NCBI GenBank assembly: GCA_951406725.2 | Contig: OX597814.1 | Span: 31,248,001-31,312,000, forward strand | DNA length: 64,000 nt | Source of the DNA: Octopus vulgaris | Lineage: Eukaryota | Direction: 5' to 3' | Shown: positions 25,600-39,500 of the stretch, piece by piece | Numbering within the stretch: the stretch's first letter is position 1 | Layout of the letters: every line of letters begins with the position of its first letter | Program-made: the position numbers and the translations under genes | The notes under the pieces: model-generated | What the model saw: only the letters and a program-made list of their open reading frames with translations | Database searches by the model: none | Told to the model about the DNA's origin: nothing

Positions 25600-26900
25600 A
25601 GTCACAAAGATGTACAGGTGTCAAGTCATTACGGCCGTTTCAAGCACCTCCATTTAATTAATTAATGAAAACATTACATCAATCTGAAAGAAACGTTCTC
25701 GTCAGATGAATTCAAACATAAAAGATAAACATTTTTTGAACAAATTTACATAAATAATGGAAAACAAAATATTTACATTGTTTTCTTTTGTTATAACTGA
25801 GTTTAGAAAATAATGCATATCTAGTTAAGACTACTATTATTTAGAGAATAGTAGAAGAAATAGGTGGGAGTCAAGATAAAAAGAGTGGTGACGTAGTTAC
25901 TTATATTTAGAAGACTTTATCTAGTATGTAGTCTTCTACTAGTGGGGTCTGCAGATTATACCGAACTAGCATGGTGCCTAGTGTTCATAATTTACAGACA
26001 AGAAATTAAACTTTGAATGCAGTAAAGCTGTGAAAACACCAGAGCATGATTGGGTATTTAATCTTAGAAGACGGAAAAAAGTGTGCTACTTGTTAAATTC
26101 CATTTATTTATTTCTGAAGCTGAAGATGGCACTTCATTTAAATTGATGTAATGATTGCATTGTACAATTAAATGGAGCCACTACAAACGGCCGCACTGCA
26201 TTGCTGTTTGATAACGTGTTGCTTATTTTGTTATAGTACCCATCTATATACAATCACAAGTACTAGCGTTGAATAAATAAGTGGTTGAAAACAGTCAAAG
26301 AATATAAGAAGATTTTTTAAATACAAAGACATATACCTGCATACACACATGCATGTATTTGTGTATATACATATATACATATACACACACATATATACAT
26401 ATATATGCATATATTATACACACACATACATTTATATATATATATCAACATAAGGTACTCGATATGAAATAGTAATGCAATACGAACGTTTCAAGCGACT
26501 CCATTTAATTGAACAATGAAATCATTACTTTAATTTAAATGCAGTGCCATCTTCAACTGCACAAATAAATAAATGGAGTTTTAACAAGTAGGACACATCA
26601 TTTTTCTTAAATATCTTAACAGAGCAAGAAGATGGAATAATTTCATGTTATCGCTATTGTAGCTAAGAATAGACTACAACTTCTAAGAATCGCATGGACC
26701 ATAGTGGGGTTGTAAGGGTTGTAATTCATTTCTATTTCATTTATCTCTTTATCAACAACTAAATCTAAGATTAGAAGACTGTGTCTATTTTGAATAAAAG
26801 ACAGGAGTGAGTTGACATATATTATCATATGTATCCCTTTTCCTCGGGAGAGAAATAGGACATCAGGAATAGTCAGTTGGATATAAGTAACTGTCTATTA
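25600..26900. mobile_element. Cluster of Penelope-like pLTR remnants with long-stem-II hammerhead-like motifs
   Basis: Three related copies: ~25625-25705 (-), ~26115-26200 (+) and ~26475-26560 (-). Consensus tgcag-CTGAAGA-tggc..~60 nt..-GAAACGGCCGTA-ttgca. Confidence 0.55.
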
Positions 26901-27119
26901 AAAGAAGCAGGGTAGGAGTAGACTTTATATCATGATGTTACTTACCAGTTAAAGGGCAAGACACTAAGAAACCTGAGATGTTAATACAGAGGAAATTTTC
27001 TCTAGGAGCTCTATGGGTGATTGTTTATAAACAATATTGTTATGTTGTATAAAAATAAAATTTAAGAATTCAAAAAATGATATCATAACCAAAATAGGTA
27101 AAAGGTATGTATGTATTTA

Positions 27120-27320
27120 TATAGTGAGAATTTACAAAAAAAAAAGAAAAAAAAAGACGAAGACGGGTGTGTAAACAACAAACAGATGTATTGGTTTAAC
27201 GCTCGGGAAGTGAGAAAGTATTTTACGGTTCGGGCCTACGCTCTTCGACAGAAAGGAACACAGAAATAAACGGGGGAAGAAAATAGAAAAAATTTAGTGA
27301 CTAGCGATCTATCATACCGA
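27120..27320 (-). mobile_element. Penelope-like pLTR fragment with hammerhead-like motif (related to 2850-3050, 31640-31740 and 47230-47335)
   Basis: Minus strand cttt-CTGTCGA-a-gagc(gtag)gccc-GAAC-cg-TA-aaat at 27220-27255. Flanked by TA-rich repeats. Confidence 0.55.
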
Positions 27321-27330
27321 ATGTATGTAC

Positions 27331-27439
<109 letters not shown>

Positions 27440-27545
27440 TGGTCATGATATAGGCATTTTGGCACTATGCAGTAGTGCCCAGTTCTTGTGTTTGCGTAAT
27501 CTTCTATGCCTAAGCTTGGCAGAACTCCTCCCAGAAACTAAATAT

Positions 27546-27589
<44 letters not shown>

Positions 27590-28226
27590 AGGAAACTTGA
27601 AGCCCAAAGAGAAAAATAGAATCGAAAGTAGTGAAAGAAGAAACTGTAAGAACGGGAGAAATGCAAACGAGAAAAATAAAGAGCCGAGAAAGGAAGAGAA
27701 GCAGGTGAGAAAGCGGAATCAAGAGAAGGTAAGATTACATTTTGTAAAGCTTTTGGAGACTGGAGGAAGATTAGATAGAATGGCGTAATATCTCTCTCTA
27801 AGCTAAGTGTTTTACGAACTTATTTCGCATGAGAAATGCCATTATTCGCAAACTGAGTTCCTTGAGATAAATGACAAAATCATTCAAAATCTAGTTTTCT
27901 CTATTGAATATTGTGCGCCATTTGACTTTATTTTATATAAATAACAATCAGCTGTTTTCCATCAACATTGAGAATATACGTCTTTCTTCGTTTTAACTTC
28001 CGTTTCTGTATTTTATTGTGACGTTTTCTTCCTTGCCCCCGGAAAAAATGCACTCACACACATACGCACACGCGCACATATCCATGGGTAAAAAATTAAT
28101 GAGTGCGTGCGTTACATAAATAATATTTTCAGAATTATATAAAAAGGCAAGAAGCGGTAAATATGACGTAACTGTATGTATGTATATATGTGTGTGCATG
28201 CGTGTATAGGTACACATACACACACT

Positions 28227-28290
<64 letters not shown>

Positions 28291-28413
28291 CACACACACA
28301 TACTCACACACACACATATATATATATACATACACACACAAACACACACACACATTTATACAGTTATGTCATATTTTCCGTTTCTTGTCTTTTTATCTAA
28401 TCCTGAATATATA

Positions 28414-29692
28414 TTGGGTTGTCCGGAAAGTTCGTGCCGATTTTTAAAGGAAAGAAAAAGGTCAATAAATACTTGCCATTACATTTTTAATCAACCATAT
28501 ATGAACCATTTTGTTGCACAATGCGTCTCCATCTTTCCTTTACCTTGAAAATACCCTCTTCCCAGAACTGAGGTGGTTTCATGGCAAAGTATTCATCAAG
28601 GTATCTTTCTACACCATACAAGAAATCGAAATTTTTACCATTAAGACAATTCTGCAGAGACCTGAATAAGTGGAAATCCAAAGGAGCAATATCTGGTGAA
28701 TATGGTGAGTAGGGTAACACATCCCAGCTGAGCTGCAGCAAATTTTGTCTGGTTCCAAAGAAACGTGCGGTCTTTCATTATCCTGTTGGAATACAACACC
28801 CTTCCTTTTGGGCAATTCTGGACGTTTCTCTTGAATTGCTGCTTTTAACTCGTCCAGTTATGTGCAGTATTTCTCAGTTACTTTCTCTGGTTACTTGGGA
28901 GAAGCTCAGAGTGCAGAATTCCTTTCCAATCCCACCAGACACAAAGCAAGACTTTTTTAGGGTGAAGACCCGCTTTTGGGGTAGCTAAGGGTGCCTCATG
29001 TCACCTACTCCAGGATCGTTTCCTCTGAACGTTTCGGTAGATAATCCATTTCGCATCACCTGTCACAATTTGCTTTAAAAAAGGCTCGTTTTCATTCTGT
29101 TTATAAAACGAATCACATATGGAAATGCCATCCAAAAGGTTCTTCTCACTCAACTCATGTGGTACCCAAACAACGTAGTGATTTGTGTTCCCAAACTTTA
29201 CCAGGTGCTCATTAACGACGGATTTTGATAGGATGATGCTTTCTGCCAACTCTCGGGTTGCACAATGTGGGTTATTCTCAATTAATGACTTGATTTGGTC
29301 ATCATCTGTAGTGTATGGCCTGCCTGATCACTGTTTATCAATAAGGCTACAATCTCCAGCTCGGAACCTTGCGAACCACTTCCGTAAAGTTCTTTCGAAT
29401 AAAGAAACGCCACCGTAAACTGCGCATATTTCTTTGGCTGTTTGTGAGGCATTTTTCCCTTTACGGAAAAAGAAAAGCATCAAGTGCCGAAAATGAACTT
29501 TCTTATTTTGCATTTTAAAGGGTTACATAATTAACACAGGTTGTAGGAACATAGACCTTCCACGAAAAGATAGCTCAAACTGTGTTCTAAATGGAAGTGC
29601 AGTCAAATCCTATTTTAGGGACTCTGCCATGTTTTAAAATAAGTCGAAAAGTAAGCTACTATAAATCGGCACGAACTTTCCGGACAACCCAA
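28414..29692 (-). mobile_element. Full-length mariner transposon (1279 bp), transposase disrupted
   Basis: Perfect 30-bp TIRs ttgggttgtccggaaagttcgtgccgattt with flanking TA. Transposase fragments 29513-28487 carry WVPHEL, VTGDAKW, QDNERPH and YSPDIAPLD motifs, broken by stops and frameshifts. Confidence 0.97.
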
Positions 29693-29704
29693 TATATATA
29701 TACA

Positions 29705-30162
29705 CTTACTTGGAAAAGGATTCGTGGCGTTCGATCATATATTAATATACATAATATATAAATATGTGCATATATACATATATATGTGTACATACCTACA
29801 TATATATGTATATATACACACACATGGCTACAGGACATTAAAAAAAACGTTCAACAGGACAAACGAAAACATAAAAACGAACATTTTTTCGAACAACGAA
29901 AAAACCAAACAGAGAAACGAGACATACAACATAAAGAATATTCCCTTTCTTCAGTTGTCCCTGTTTCATCTACTCCACGGTACGAAGGCAAGAACAAGGC
30001 GTGGCTTCCTTGAAAAAGTCCTTCCCGCAAAGCAAATTAAATAAAATTTGGAATTTTTTGCGGAGGGTGAAGTGTTAACAAGAACAAGACAGTGAGAACA
30101 AAACAATAAAAACAAACGGTGAGGGTTCCGTTCGTTTTTACTGTTTCGTTCTCACCGTTTGT
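29705..30162. mobile_element. Unclassified repeat (related copy at ~31800-32017) ending in a ~33-bp inverted repeat
   Basis: Shared cccttt/tct..gtttcatctactc..gaagg block. Inverted arms at ~30087-30119 and ~30128-30160. Confidence 0.55.
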
Positions 30163-31029
30163 TTGAACTCAGAACTTAAAGACAGACAAAATACCGCTAA
30201 ATATTTCACCCGGTGTGCTAAAGTTTCTTATTTTTTTATTGCCCACAAGGGACTAAACATAGAGGGGACAAACAAGGATAGACAAACGGATTAAGTCGAT
30301 TATATCGACCCACGTGCGTAACTGGTACTTATATTATCGACCCCGAAAGGATGAAAGGCAAAGTAAACCTCGGCGGAATTTGAACTCAGAAGGTAAAGAC
30401 AAACGAAATACTGCTAAGCATTTCGCCCGGCGTGCTAACGTGTCTTATTTCTTTATTGCCCACAAGAAGCTAAACATAAAGAGGAGAAACAAGAACAGAC
30501 AAGGACAGACAAAGGAGTTAAGTCGATTATATCGACCCCAGTGCGTAACTGGTACTTAATTTATCGACCCCAAGAGGCAGAATTTGAACTCAGAACGTAT
30601 CGGCAGACGAAACAGCTATTTCTTTACTACCCACAAGGGGCTAAACACAGAAGGGACAAACAAGGACAGACAAACGGATTAAGTCGATTAAATCGACCCC
30701 AGTGCGTAACTGGTACTTATTTAATCGACCCCGAAAGGATGAAAGGCAAAGTCGACCTCGGTGGAATTTGAACTCAGAACGTAGCGGCAGATGAAATACC
30801 TGTTTCTTTACTACCCACAAGGGGCTAAACAAAGAGAGGACAAACAAGGACAGACAAACGGACTAAGTCGATTACATCGACCCCAGTGCGTAACTGGTAC
30901 TTAATTTATCGACCCTAAAGGATGAAAGGCAAATTCGACCTCGGCGGAATTTGAACTCAGAACGTAATGGCAGACAAAATACGGCTACGCATTTCGCCCG
31001 GCGTGCTATTGTTTCTGCCAGCTCGCCGC
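30163..31029 (-). mobile_element. Tandem multimer of SINE family B internal units
   Basis: Four successive cccacaag..gtcgattatatcgacccc..gaatttgaactcagaacg units ending at a head (ctgccagctcgccgc) at ~31029. Confidence 0.9.
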
Positions 31030-32015
31030 TTTGTATTTATATCAATGTGAAGATGTGTGCTTGCTGAATTGTTTAACCATGTGTGTATCTTGGGACAAGT
31101 TCATTTATTGCATTAAAAATTATTTTGTTTCAAAGAGGTTTCCGTTTATTATTATATTCTTCTGTGTTCTTGTACTAGTTTCATGATTTTTATGAAACCA
31201 TATGTCTGTATGTGTACTTCAGTATGAAAGATCCTGGTTTCAGTGAATAATCTGAAGATATTACAAAAGAAAATATAGATTAGTTTTACTTTCAAGGATT
31301 TTGCAAAATGGTTCCTTTACCGAGAAAAAAAAAATGACATAACGCGAAGAAATATTTCATAAACACTTCAAATTATTCAAATGAAAAGGCAGATATTGAA
31401 AGCCCACAACAACCAACTATACGTCACAAAAATCAACTCATCTAACGTCAAACACAAGGTCGGTCTTTATCGTTTCTTTTAATTATGCACCAAGACGATC
31501 GATGAACCTCTTTGCACGCATTGCCTGAAAGTTACGTGATGGATAAAACTCATAGGTGTAAGGGAGGTACGAGGTAAATTGCCAGTTATATGTATATATA
31601 TCTATATAGTAAATTCTTAAAAAAAAAACGAAGAACAAACACATAAAACAACAACGCGAGGACGTGGTACATGTAAAGTATTAGCAGACGCTCAGGGAAG
31701 GGGAAAATCGCCAACGCTTCATAGGTGCTTACATTTTGAAATATATATATATATATATATAAATAAAACATATGCATATATACATACATATATGTACGTA
31801 CCTACCTCTACATGTATATATACACGCATATTTGGGTACAGGACACCAAAAAAAAACGTCGAACACGATGAGAAACGAAAACATAAACACAAAACCAAGC
31901 AACTGGACATTTTTCTTAAACAACAAAAAAATACAGTACAAGACAAATAACACAAGGAAAAATCCCCTTCTACAGTCGCCATGGTTTCATCTACTCTGCG
32001 TTCCGAAGGTGAAGG

Positions 32016-32050
<35 letters not shown>

Positions 32051-32061
32051 AAAGCATATAT

Positions 32062-32120
<59 letters not shown>

Positions 32121-32767
32121 CATATAAGCATACACACACATACTCGCATATGTCTAAATATATGCGTGTGCGTGTCTATGTCTATGCACACTCACATATA
32201 TAGTACATAACAGGTAGGGATGAGGTTATCTCTGCAACTGTTTACTTCTATATTCCAGTGAAGAGAAATACAAAATTATGACGGCGACGATGGTGATGCT
32301 GGTGGTGATGGTGTTGATGATGATGATGATGATGATGATAATGACCGTTGTGGTGATGGTTGTAGATCGAGTGGTAATGGTGACGACGAGGAAGCGAATT
32401 ACAATAATGACAGAAACGAAAATGATTAAGTTACGGTAGATGGTAAGGATAATGATGATGATGATGATGTTGAAGATGATGATGATTATTATGTTTAAAA
32501 TGAATATGAGTAGGAAGAAGATAAGAACATTACGATGCTGGTGTTTTTGGCAAGAAGTGTGATCATAATGTCGCGGCAAACAATGATAATGACATTAGGC
32601 ATGATAGAGAGGAAGGAGAAGGGTGAAGATTACTAAAAGAAGTGCTATCTTCGGATAAAAGGAAAAATAAGAAAAATAAGCAAAAGAAGGAGAAAAAGAA
32701 AATCACTGAGAATGAAGAACCAACATTGATGGCAATGGTGAACAGCTCGTTAAAATTTTCTATACAG

Positions 32768-32853
32768 AACAGTATGTCGCCAGGTGGTGTTTCCTTGAAA
32801 TCAACAGCCCCGAAGCCATGCAGAATGCCTGTGAATATCGCGACTACAGCAAC
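32768..32853 (+). CDS. Putative host-gene exon C (NSMSPGGVSLKSTAPKPCRMPVNIATTA+ac)
   Basis: Acceptor ttttctatacag| and donor |gtatgt. An 86-nt GC-richer island. Frame 0 continues exon B and ends in phase 2. Confidence 0.5.
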
Positions 32854-33313
32854 GTATGTATTAAGTATATGAGTATGTTGCAAAATATAAGATATGTATG
32901 TGTCTTTACCAACGTATGTCTATATCTGTTTATATTCCCACGCTGACCGCTGTTGGACATGTTCCTTTATATGTTGGCTGCAATATGTCAAGAATTCGTT
33001 GCATTGTTGCCCGAGGTAGATACATACTTCACAAGAACTTCTTACTGCTTCTCTGTCATCTTTCAACCAGCCAACCACTGATATCTTTTATATCATTTTC
33101 GCTACTAACATCTACTTCTATCTTGTTCTTGCTGTTCTCGTGTTTTTGTTTTCTTTCTAACACCAACACATCATTATACGTTGCTATTGTTGTATTTGCA
33201 GCTTCATATCCCGTCTAACTGTTGAAGTTATCTTGGAGTTAATACACATGACAATGTTATCACAGTTGATATATGGCTGTGTCGCCGTATTGTACGTAAC
33301 TCTGCCTGACTGA

Positions 33314-33315
<2 letters not shown>

Positions 33316-33397
<82 letters not shown>

Positions 33398-33402
33398 TAT
33401 AT

Positions 33403-33482
<80 letters not shown>

Positions 33483-33546
33483 ATATATATATATATATCT
33501 ACCTATCTACCTACCTATCTATCTATCTATCTACCTATCTACCTAC

Positions 33547-33616
<70 letters not shown>
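33316..33616. repeat. (CTAT)n tetranucleotide array
   Basis: Directly visible. Confidence 0.97.
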
Positions 33617-33887
33617 GTATTTATTTAGTCTTGCTTTTCTCTGTTTACACTATTTCATTCATTAATGTAAACGTAGAAAAAAGAATTGAATATACATATA
33701 CGGTACATGTAAGTGCACCATCATATACATATATACATATGATGCGTGGCAGTTTTTATGCCTGTGTCTAGCAATGATATATATATAAGTATATACATAT
33801 CCACAAACACCCCCCAGACACACATTTATATATTTTTGTTTGAATTTGTATCTTTATCGCCGCTGTACTTATTTTATATCTGAAGCA

Positions 33888-35080
33888 GGTATGTATGTTA
33901 TTATTTCGTTTTATTTCTAGATTTCGTGCTAATAGAGAAAGAGCCAGTTTCTAATCTAGGTCTAAGTTTCTTTCTTTAGAATTTAAGAATTTCAACAAAG
34001 AATTTGTACACGCTTTTGTGTATGTGTGCAATATTTGGAGTTAATGCACGGGTATCTGTTTGTTTTATTTTATGTATGTATACTCTTAAATATAGTTGCA
34101 TACCTAAATGTTCATATGTAATCACGCCAAATCTTTTGAACGTTTTACATATTTTCACAGAACCACTAATCTCATATTTCTGTAATCTACTTATTAACAT
34201 TCTCCTTTCTGTTTTCCAGAACTCTATTTTCTCCAGATTATTACCAGGGTAGATTGTTATACACCCCAACTCCCCGATAATTACGAGTATAAATCTGAAA
34301 TAGTAATCCGGTTAGAGCAGTTGTAAATTTCACTATAGTTAAGAGGTATTTTCCTTTTTTACGCTAATCTTTCGCTTTATGTTGATATCTGCTGGACAAC
34401 TCATTTCCAAGACTGTGCTTTGTTACACTTCTCTGTCCAAATCATTGTGTCTCATTGTTTTATGTTTGCATTTTATGGAGGTTTTCACTGAAGAATTCTA
34501 CCAACACAATTTCAGATTATGAGTAACTATGGTTAAGGATTCACAATGAGATAGATCACACTGTAAGTTCTTAACTATTTGTCATCAACAGATCTCATTT
34601 TGCTGCGTCTTGGCTACAGTATCATATCTCATCGGCAGATAATAACGTGATGGCATTTTTATGCATCTGCTTATGATGTAGGTGGTATCTTTGGAGGTTA
34701 ACATTTCGTTGTTATCTTATGTCTCTGTCCCTTTTGTGCATCAGGAATTTGAATGGTATTTCCTGTTCTTAGATTTTAAACGCATAACTTGCAGAAGGAG
34801 AGTGAGTTCGGTAGTTGATCCACAGTATACTGTTTTGATTATCTATGTTGTTGTCATCTTGGAGCTTTCTCCTAACATATCGCGTATGATCTTCTGTTGA
34901 AACGCACTCATCCTTTCATACGATAATTGTTGCAGCAGAGTCGCGCAACATTTTGGGAATGCATTCGAGGTGATCAGACGGAGCTGCTTTCCGAGTCTCA
35001 TAATATTATCTGCCTCCCAGACACTATCCCGCAGCAGATTCAGCGTATAAACAAAACACAAGCGCTGTGTATGTGTGATC
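33888..35080 (-). mobile_element. R4/Dong-like LINE 3' portion (second family), degenerate
   Basis: Minus-strand remnants of a zinc knuckle and RLE region (EMSCPADIN, FILVIIGELG, SGSVKICKTF). The 3' end runs into catacatac. Confidence 0.7.
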
Positions 35081-36779
35081 GATAATGTCTACATTACTAG
35101 GGTTGCCTTTAATTTACTTTTGCATGTGCTTCGTCGTGGTACATCAAATGATTTTCACCCCATTTGCATATAAGTCAAAGATGAGAAAACAGTTAGTTTT
35201 GGTTCGAACCAAGTGCATGGTATTGATAAGCCATATCAATAACGAAATATTGGTATCTGCTTCTCTTGGATTCATTTTGCGATCAGTTACCTCGCCTGGT
35301 CTATGACATTCTAGTATCATAGACCTCGCTGCAGAAAATGCACCAAATGCCATATATCAGAGGTCTCAAGTAGTGAATACGTAGCAAAGCTAACGGCGGT
35401 GCCACAGCATGACTGCAGTTCTCGAACTAAAATTAGTAATAGAGGAAAATATAACACACACACATACGACAGGATTCTTTGAGTTTTCCCCCTAACAAAT
35501 TCATTCAGAAAGTTTTGGTCTACTCAAGGCTATAGTACAAGATACCGAGATACTTGCCAACGTTGGCAAGCAATAAGATTGAATCGAAGACCGCATGAGT
35601 GCAAAGCAATTTTGTCAAGTATAAAGTCACCCCTGTCCTTTAGAATATTTATGTTTTCATGGGAGAATATTACGAAAATATGTAAGGGCACTGAAATTGT
35701 GGTGAATTTTGAGTCCTATATTTTTATCTACAGCATAAAAAGTAATATGCAAAAAGTATATAAGAAAATTAGCATCATATATTTTTTTATCTTCGTCCAA
35801 AACATATATTAACTAATTTAACCGTTTAAATGTTTATCACAGAAGAAAATTAAAAACAAATAACAGTTCACAAATTGAACTAAGTCACCTAACAAGCTTT
35901 ATTGGTTATTGAAAGATAAATAGATCAGAGATTAGCTGCGAACTAATGCTTTTAAGCATTAATGTATATCTCTTCACTTACTGAATGTGATGAAAGAAAG
36001 AGAAAAGGAAAACCTACATTATTAATATTCGAAGCTGAAATCGACTTTTCAAAATATTTAAGCATTTTCCTCTTGTGGAGCATGGCATTATTTTTTTAAA
36101 ATATTTCTCGGCAAGGAAATAGATTATGGTTGAACGTTGTTTTAAAATATTAACTTTTTATCTGATACGTCGCGTACACAGTTTGCTTGTCGCTTAATAG
36201 GATTATGTATAATTAATTCAAAATTCACTTAGAGTTAACGTCATTTTCTTTCTAGTATTCAGGAAATGCCATTACATGAATGTATATCATAAGCTGGTGA
36301 GATGGAAGGAGAGTAAAGTAGTTTCCTATCAGATACATAATATACAAGTGCTCAAGGATACACTTATTAGTGTTATTGTCTGTTATGCAATAATCTATTA
36401 CCATTCACTACATTCAAATTTCCTGTTATCTTTCACCAGACATTAGCCTCAATATACTAATTGGTAGACACTGTTACTTGAATATGTTCATTAATAATAA
36501 TTTGATAATGTTGGCAAAAGTATACAACATACATGGATGCAAACTATTTCAACTATTCATCTAATAAAAGCATTTTGTATTTCAAAACATTTATTATACT
36601 ATAAACATCAATTTTTTATATTTATATTCGAAACAATCATATTTGTTAACTGTTTATATGCTATCATGTTTGACTTACTTTAAATTCTCAAAAATTTCCT
36701 AAATTCTAATCTGTATTTTATTTGATATTTGAAACAATATTTCCATGAATTCTGTGCTTTGTAATATATTGCTTTACAG

Positions 36780-36819
36780 CCTGAATTCTAAAAACATATT
36801 TTCGAGATGTGCTTGCTAG
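36780..36819 (+). CDS. Putative last coding exon D (c+LNSKNIFSRCAC*)
   Basis: Acceptor ttgctttacag| in phase 2, matching exon C. TAG at 36817-36819. Perfect donor gtaagt at 36824 (a 3'UTR intron 4 nt after the stop). Confidence 0.5.
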
Positions 36820-38389
36820 ACACGTAAGTTATCTTAGCCAAAACAAACTACAGCGTGGAACAATGTGTGTCAAATTGTTTGTTGCACCATTTGTACCTGG
36901 TCACTGATACAGTTCCACTGTAACTACTAGTCTGATTTCAAATTTGATATCACCAAGGAGTCAACCTTGTCTGACCAGCAGCCAACAGAAGGGTAGATAC
37001 GCTTATTTGAAATAAAATATTTGATATACTATGTAAATTGCCATATCCTTCTCCTCCTCCTCCTCCTCATCATCATTATCATCTTCAAAATAATGAAATG
37101 TATCAATTATACATTGGATAATTTTGTATATTTCAAATTATATTTGTGTCATGCATAAGCTTCATTACTTGGTGTATTTTCCGCGTAATGAGACCATATC
37201 AAACAGGATATGGTTTGTCTGTAAAATACACAAATTTTCCACTCCTTTTCGGTGCGTATTAGGGGTATTAGTCTGTAAGTAAAATTCAAATGTACAAGTT
37301 GTGGAAAATTCATTCAAATTGCTAAGGCAGGATTAGAAATTTCCAATTTTTAATGATGCATACGGATATGTTGCTTCGTTTGTAAAATGTAATCATTCGA
37401 AGATGAGGCCAGATCATGGAAGTATCAATGAGTATCGGCGTTTTCTGCCATTTGTAATGGAAATTATAGAGAAATGTTGAATATTGTCGGTCAGTATTTG
37501 TAAATGTTGTGATACAAAGAGTGAGTTAAAGAAATGATTATAATTATGGTTATTCATTCATGTAGAAATTAACAGTGTGTGTATAACAGTAACGAACAGT
37601 GTAATATAAACGAACAATGAATTTCATAAGAATTGATACAAATATTTAATTCAGTAAACGTTAGTGAAAAGAAATATTTATCTAAAATATCGTATAAAAA
37701 TACCTAAAATTGCGATATTTAGATATTTTCGCGGCACACTATTCGGCTGTGACTCACTGTCATGTAACTTTTATGTCAAAACTTATCAATAAAAATCTAT
37801 AAACGTTAGATTGCAATAAAGAAATATACGATGACTAGCTGTGTGAATCTTTTGATATATATAGTTTCATTTTCTTATCTTTTATGAATCCATTTTATAT
37901 CATATTAAATGATTTCTATCCTACATATAAATTTGAAATAAACTTCACTGATAACTATTTACTCGATAATGATAATAATAAACTGCAAGTGTGAAAGGAT
38001 AAAATAAAATATCCATTGTTGTTGCTTGGTGTCAAATTTAAAGTGGAACTTATATTGTTGAAGACCAAAACAGCAAGGTATTTTCATGTTATATTTTATT
38101 TACTTCCTACGAAAATATTTAGAATTAACTTCAATTTAATGGAATTTAAGAAACAGAGATACGTGCTGACAAGAAAGGCTGAGGTGAGTACTTCCAGTAG
38201 ACTTTGTTTGTATGAAATGACTAACATGTTGTATACTGATGTGACAACGACAGGCATATCTTGCACTAGATGTCACAATATTGTTTTGAACCTTCAAATA
38301 ACCTTTCCGTTCACTTGCTGACACACATTTTTTGCAAACTTTCTGTACGTAGAGATATCGTATAATCTTAATCAAAAATTCCCTGAGTG

Positions 38390-39500
38390 TGTGGCTACGC
38401 TGATGATTTTAAGGCTAAGTGTGGCTGTGCGCTAACATACTCAATTCATTTTCATATACCTCTACGAAGATCTATTTTGTGATGTTCATACTTGAAAAGT
38501 TATTGTTAGAATTCCCTCCTCCCATCACGTTCTGCTTTCCTCTACGATGGATGATCTAGGCCAAAATTTTCCCATTATTTTCCAAGACATAATTTTACCT
38601 TACTATTCTTGATGCAGAACCTATTAATTTAGTTTTGTGCACCCAAGGATATCTCAGAAATTGCTTAGGAATTCGGCCATTTTCCATTCTCAAAACATGA
38701 CAACACTACTCTCATCGCTGCTGAAGTATTAGAGATTCTACACTGATAGATTGACTGCATTCGAAGACTTCAACAATGCTTTGAAACATTTACCATTTGA
38801 TATCCAGAATACAAGGGAGACGCGTTAGTGAAATCGTCCAGGTCTTTCATATGTTTTCGGTGAGTAACACAGGTCTCACGTGCATATAGAAACGAAGTGA
38901 ACACACAAGTAAAGTATTGTAGACTTCCAACTTTGTCTCAATTGAAAGTCCATGCAGAGTCCTTAAGCCTCTATCCAATTTTCCAAACTTATCACTGACT
39001 TTCTTGATTTGGCTGGAAATTTAATCATAAAGAGTATTTGTCAGTTTCACATTACTACCTAAATATACGAATTTTTCCACAACCTGCAATATCTCTCCAC
39101 ACAAAAATGTTTGGCCCAGAATAGACTTAATCTGGAGCAGGTTGGTACAATAGGACAGTCTTTCTCATGCTGATTGTTAGATCTATGTTGACGAGAAGGA
39201 ATCTCTTAGGTGCCGAATGTCACCGTAGGAGTGAGAAACAAGATCACAATCGTCATTCCGTATTAGTCATAATGGCAGCATTGCTTTAGAAGCAAACCGT
39301 CTAAAATTCAAAATCCTGCCCGTTGTTGTGTATCTGATGTAGGCAGCAACCTTAAAAAGGCATCGACAACACATCAGCGAAGTACAGTCCGAACAGAATC
39401 GGTGTTGGTATACACCCTTGGTCAACATGTACATGGATTTACTGAGTGTTCTTGCTGTAGTAAACCGTTTATGAAACTACGGAGTAGAGAGATTTTATGG
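38390..39500 (-). mobile_element. RTE-clade LINE fragment, degenerate
   Basis: Minus-strand motifs VDQGCIPTPILFGLYF, EILQVVEKFVYLGS and TKLEVY..LYA.ET, typical of RTE RT/thumb regions. Confidence 0.7.

Noticed and set aside
30163-31029. Regularly spaced repeats with internal palindromes resembling a CRISPR array
   Set aside because: The 'spacers' are themselves repeated SINE sequence, the context is eukaryotic and there are no cas genes.
36780-36819. LNSKNIFSRC as a Penelope C-terminal motif
   Set aside because: The upstream CxxC spacing does not fit. Strong splice sites and the phase match favour an exon, though the alternative is not excluded.
37330-37480. Short open frame KFPIFNDAYGYVASFVKC...
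   Set aside because: No convincing splice sites or homology; cannot be supported.
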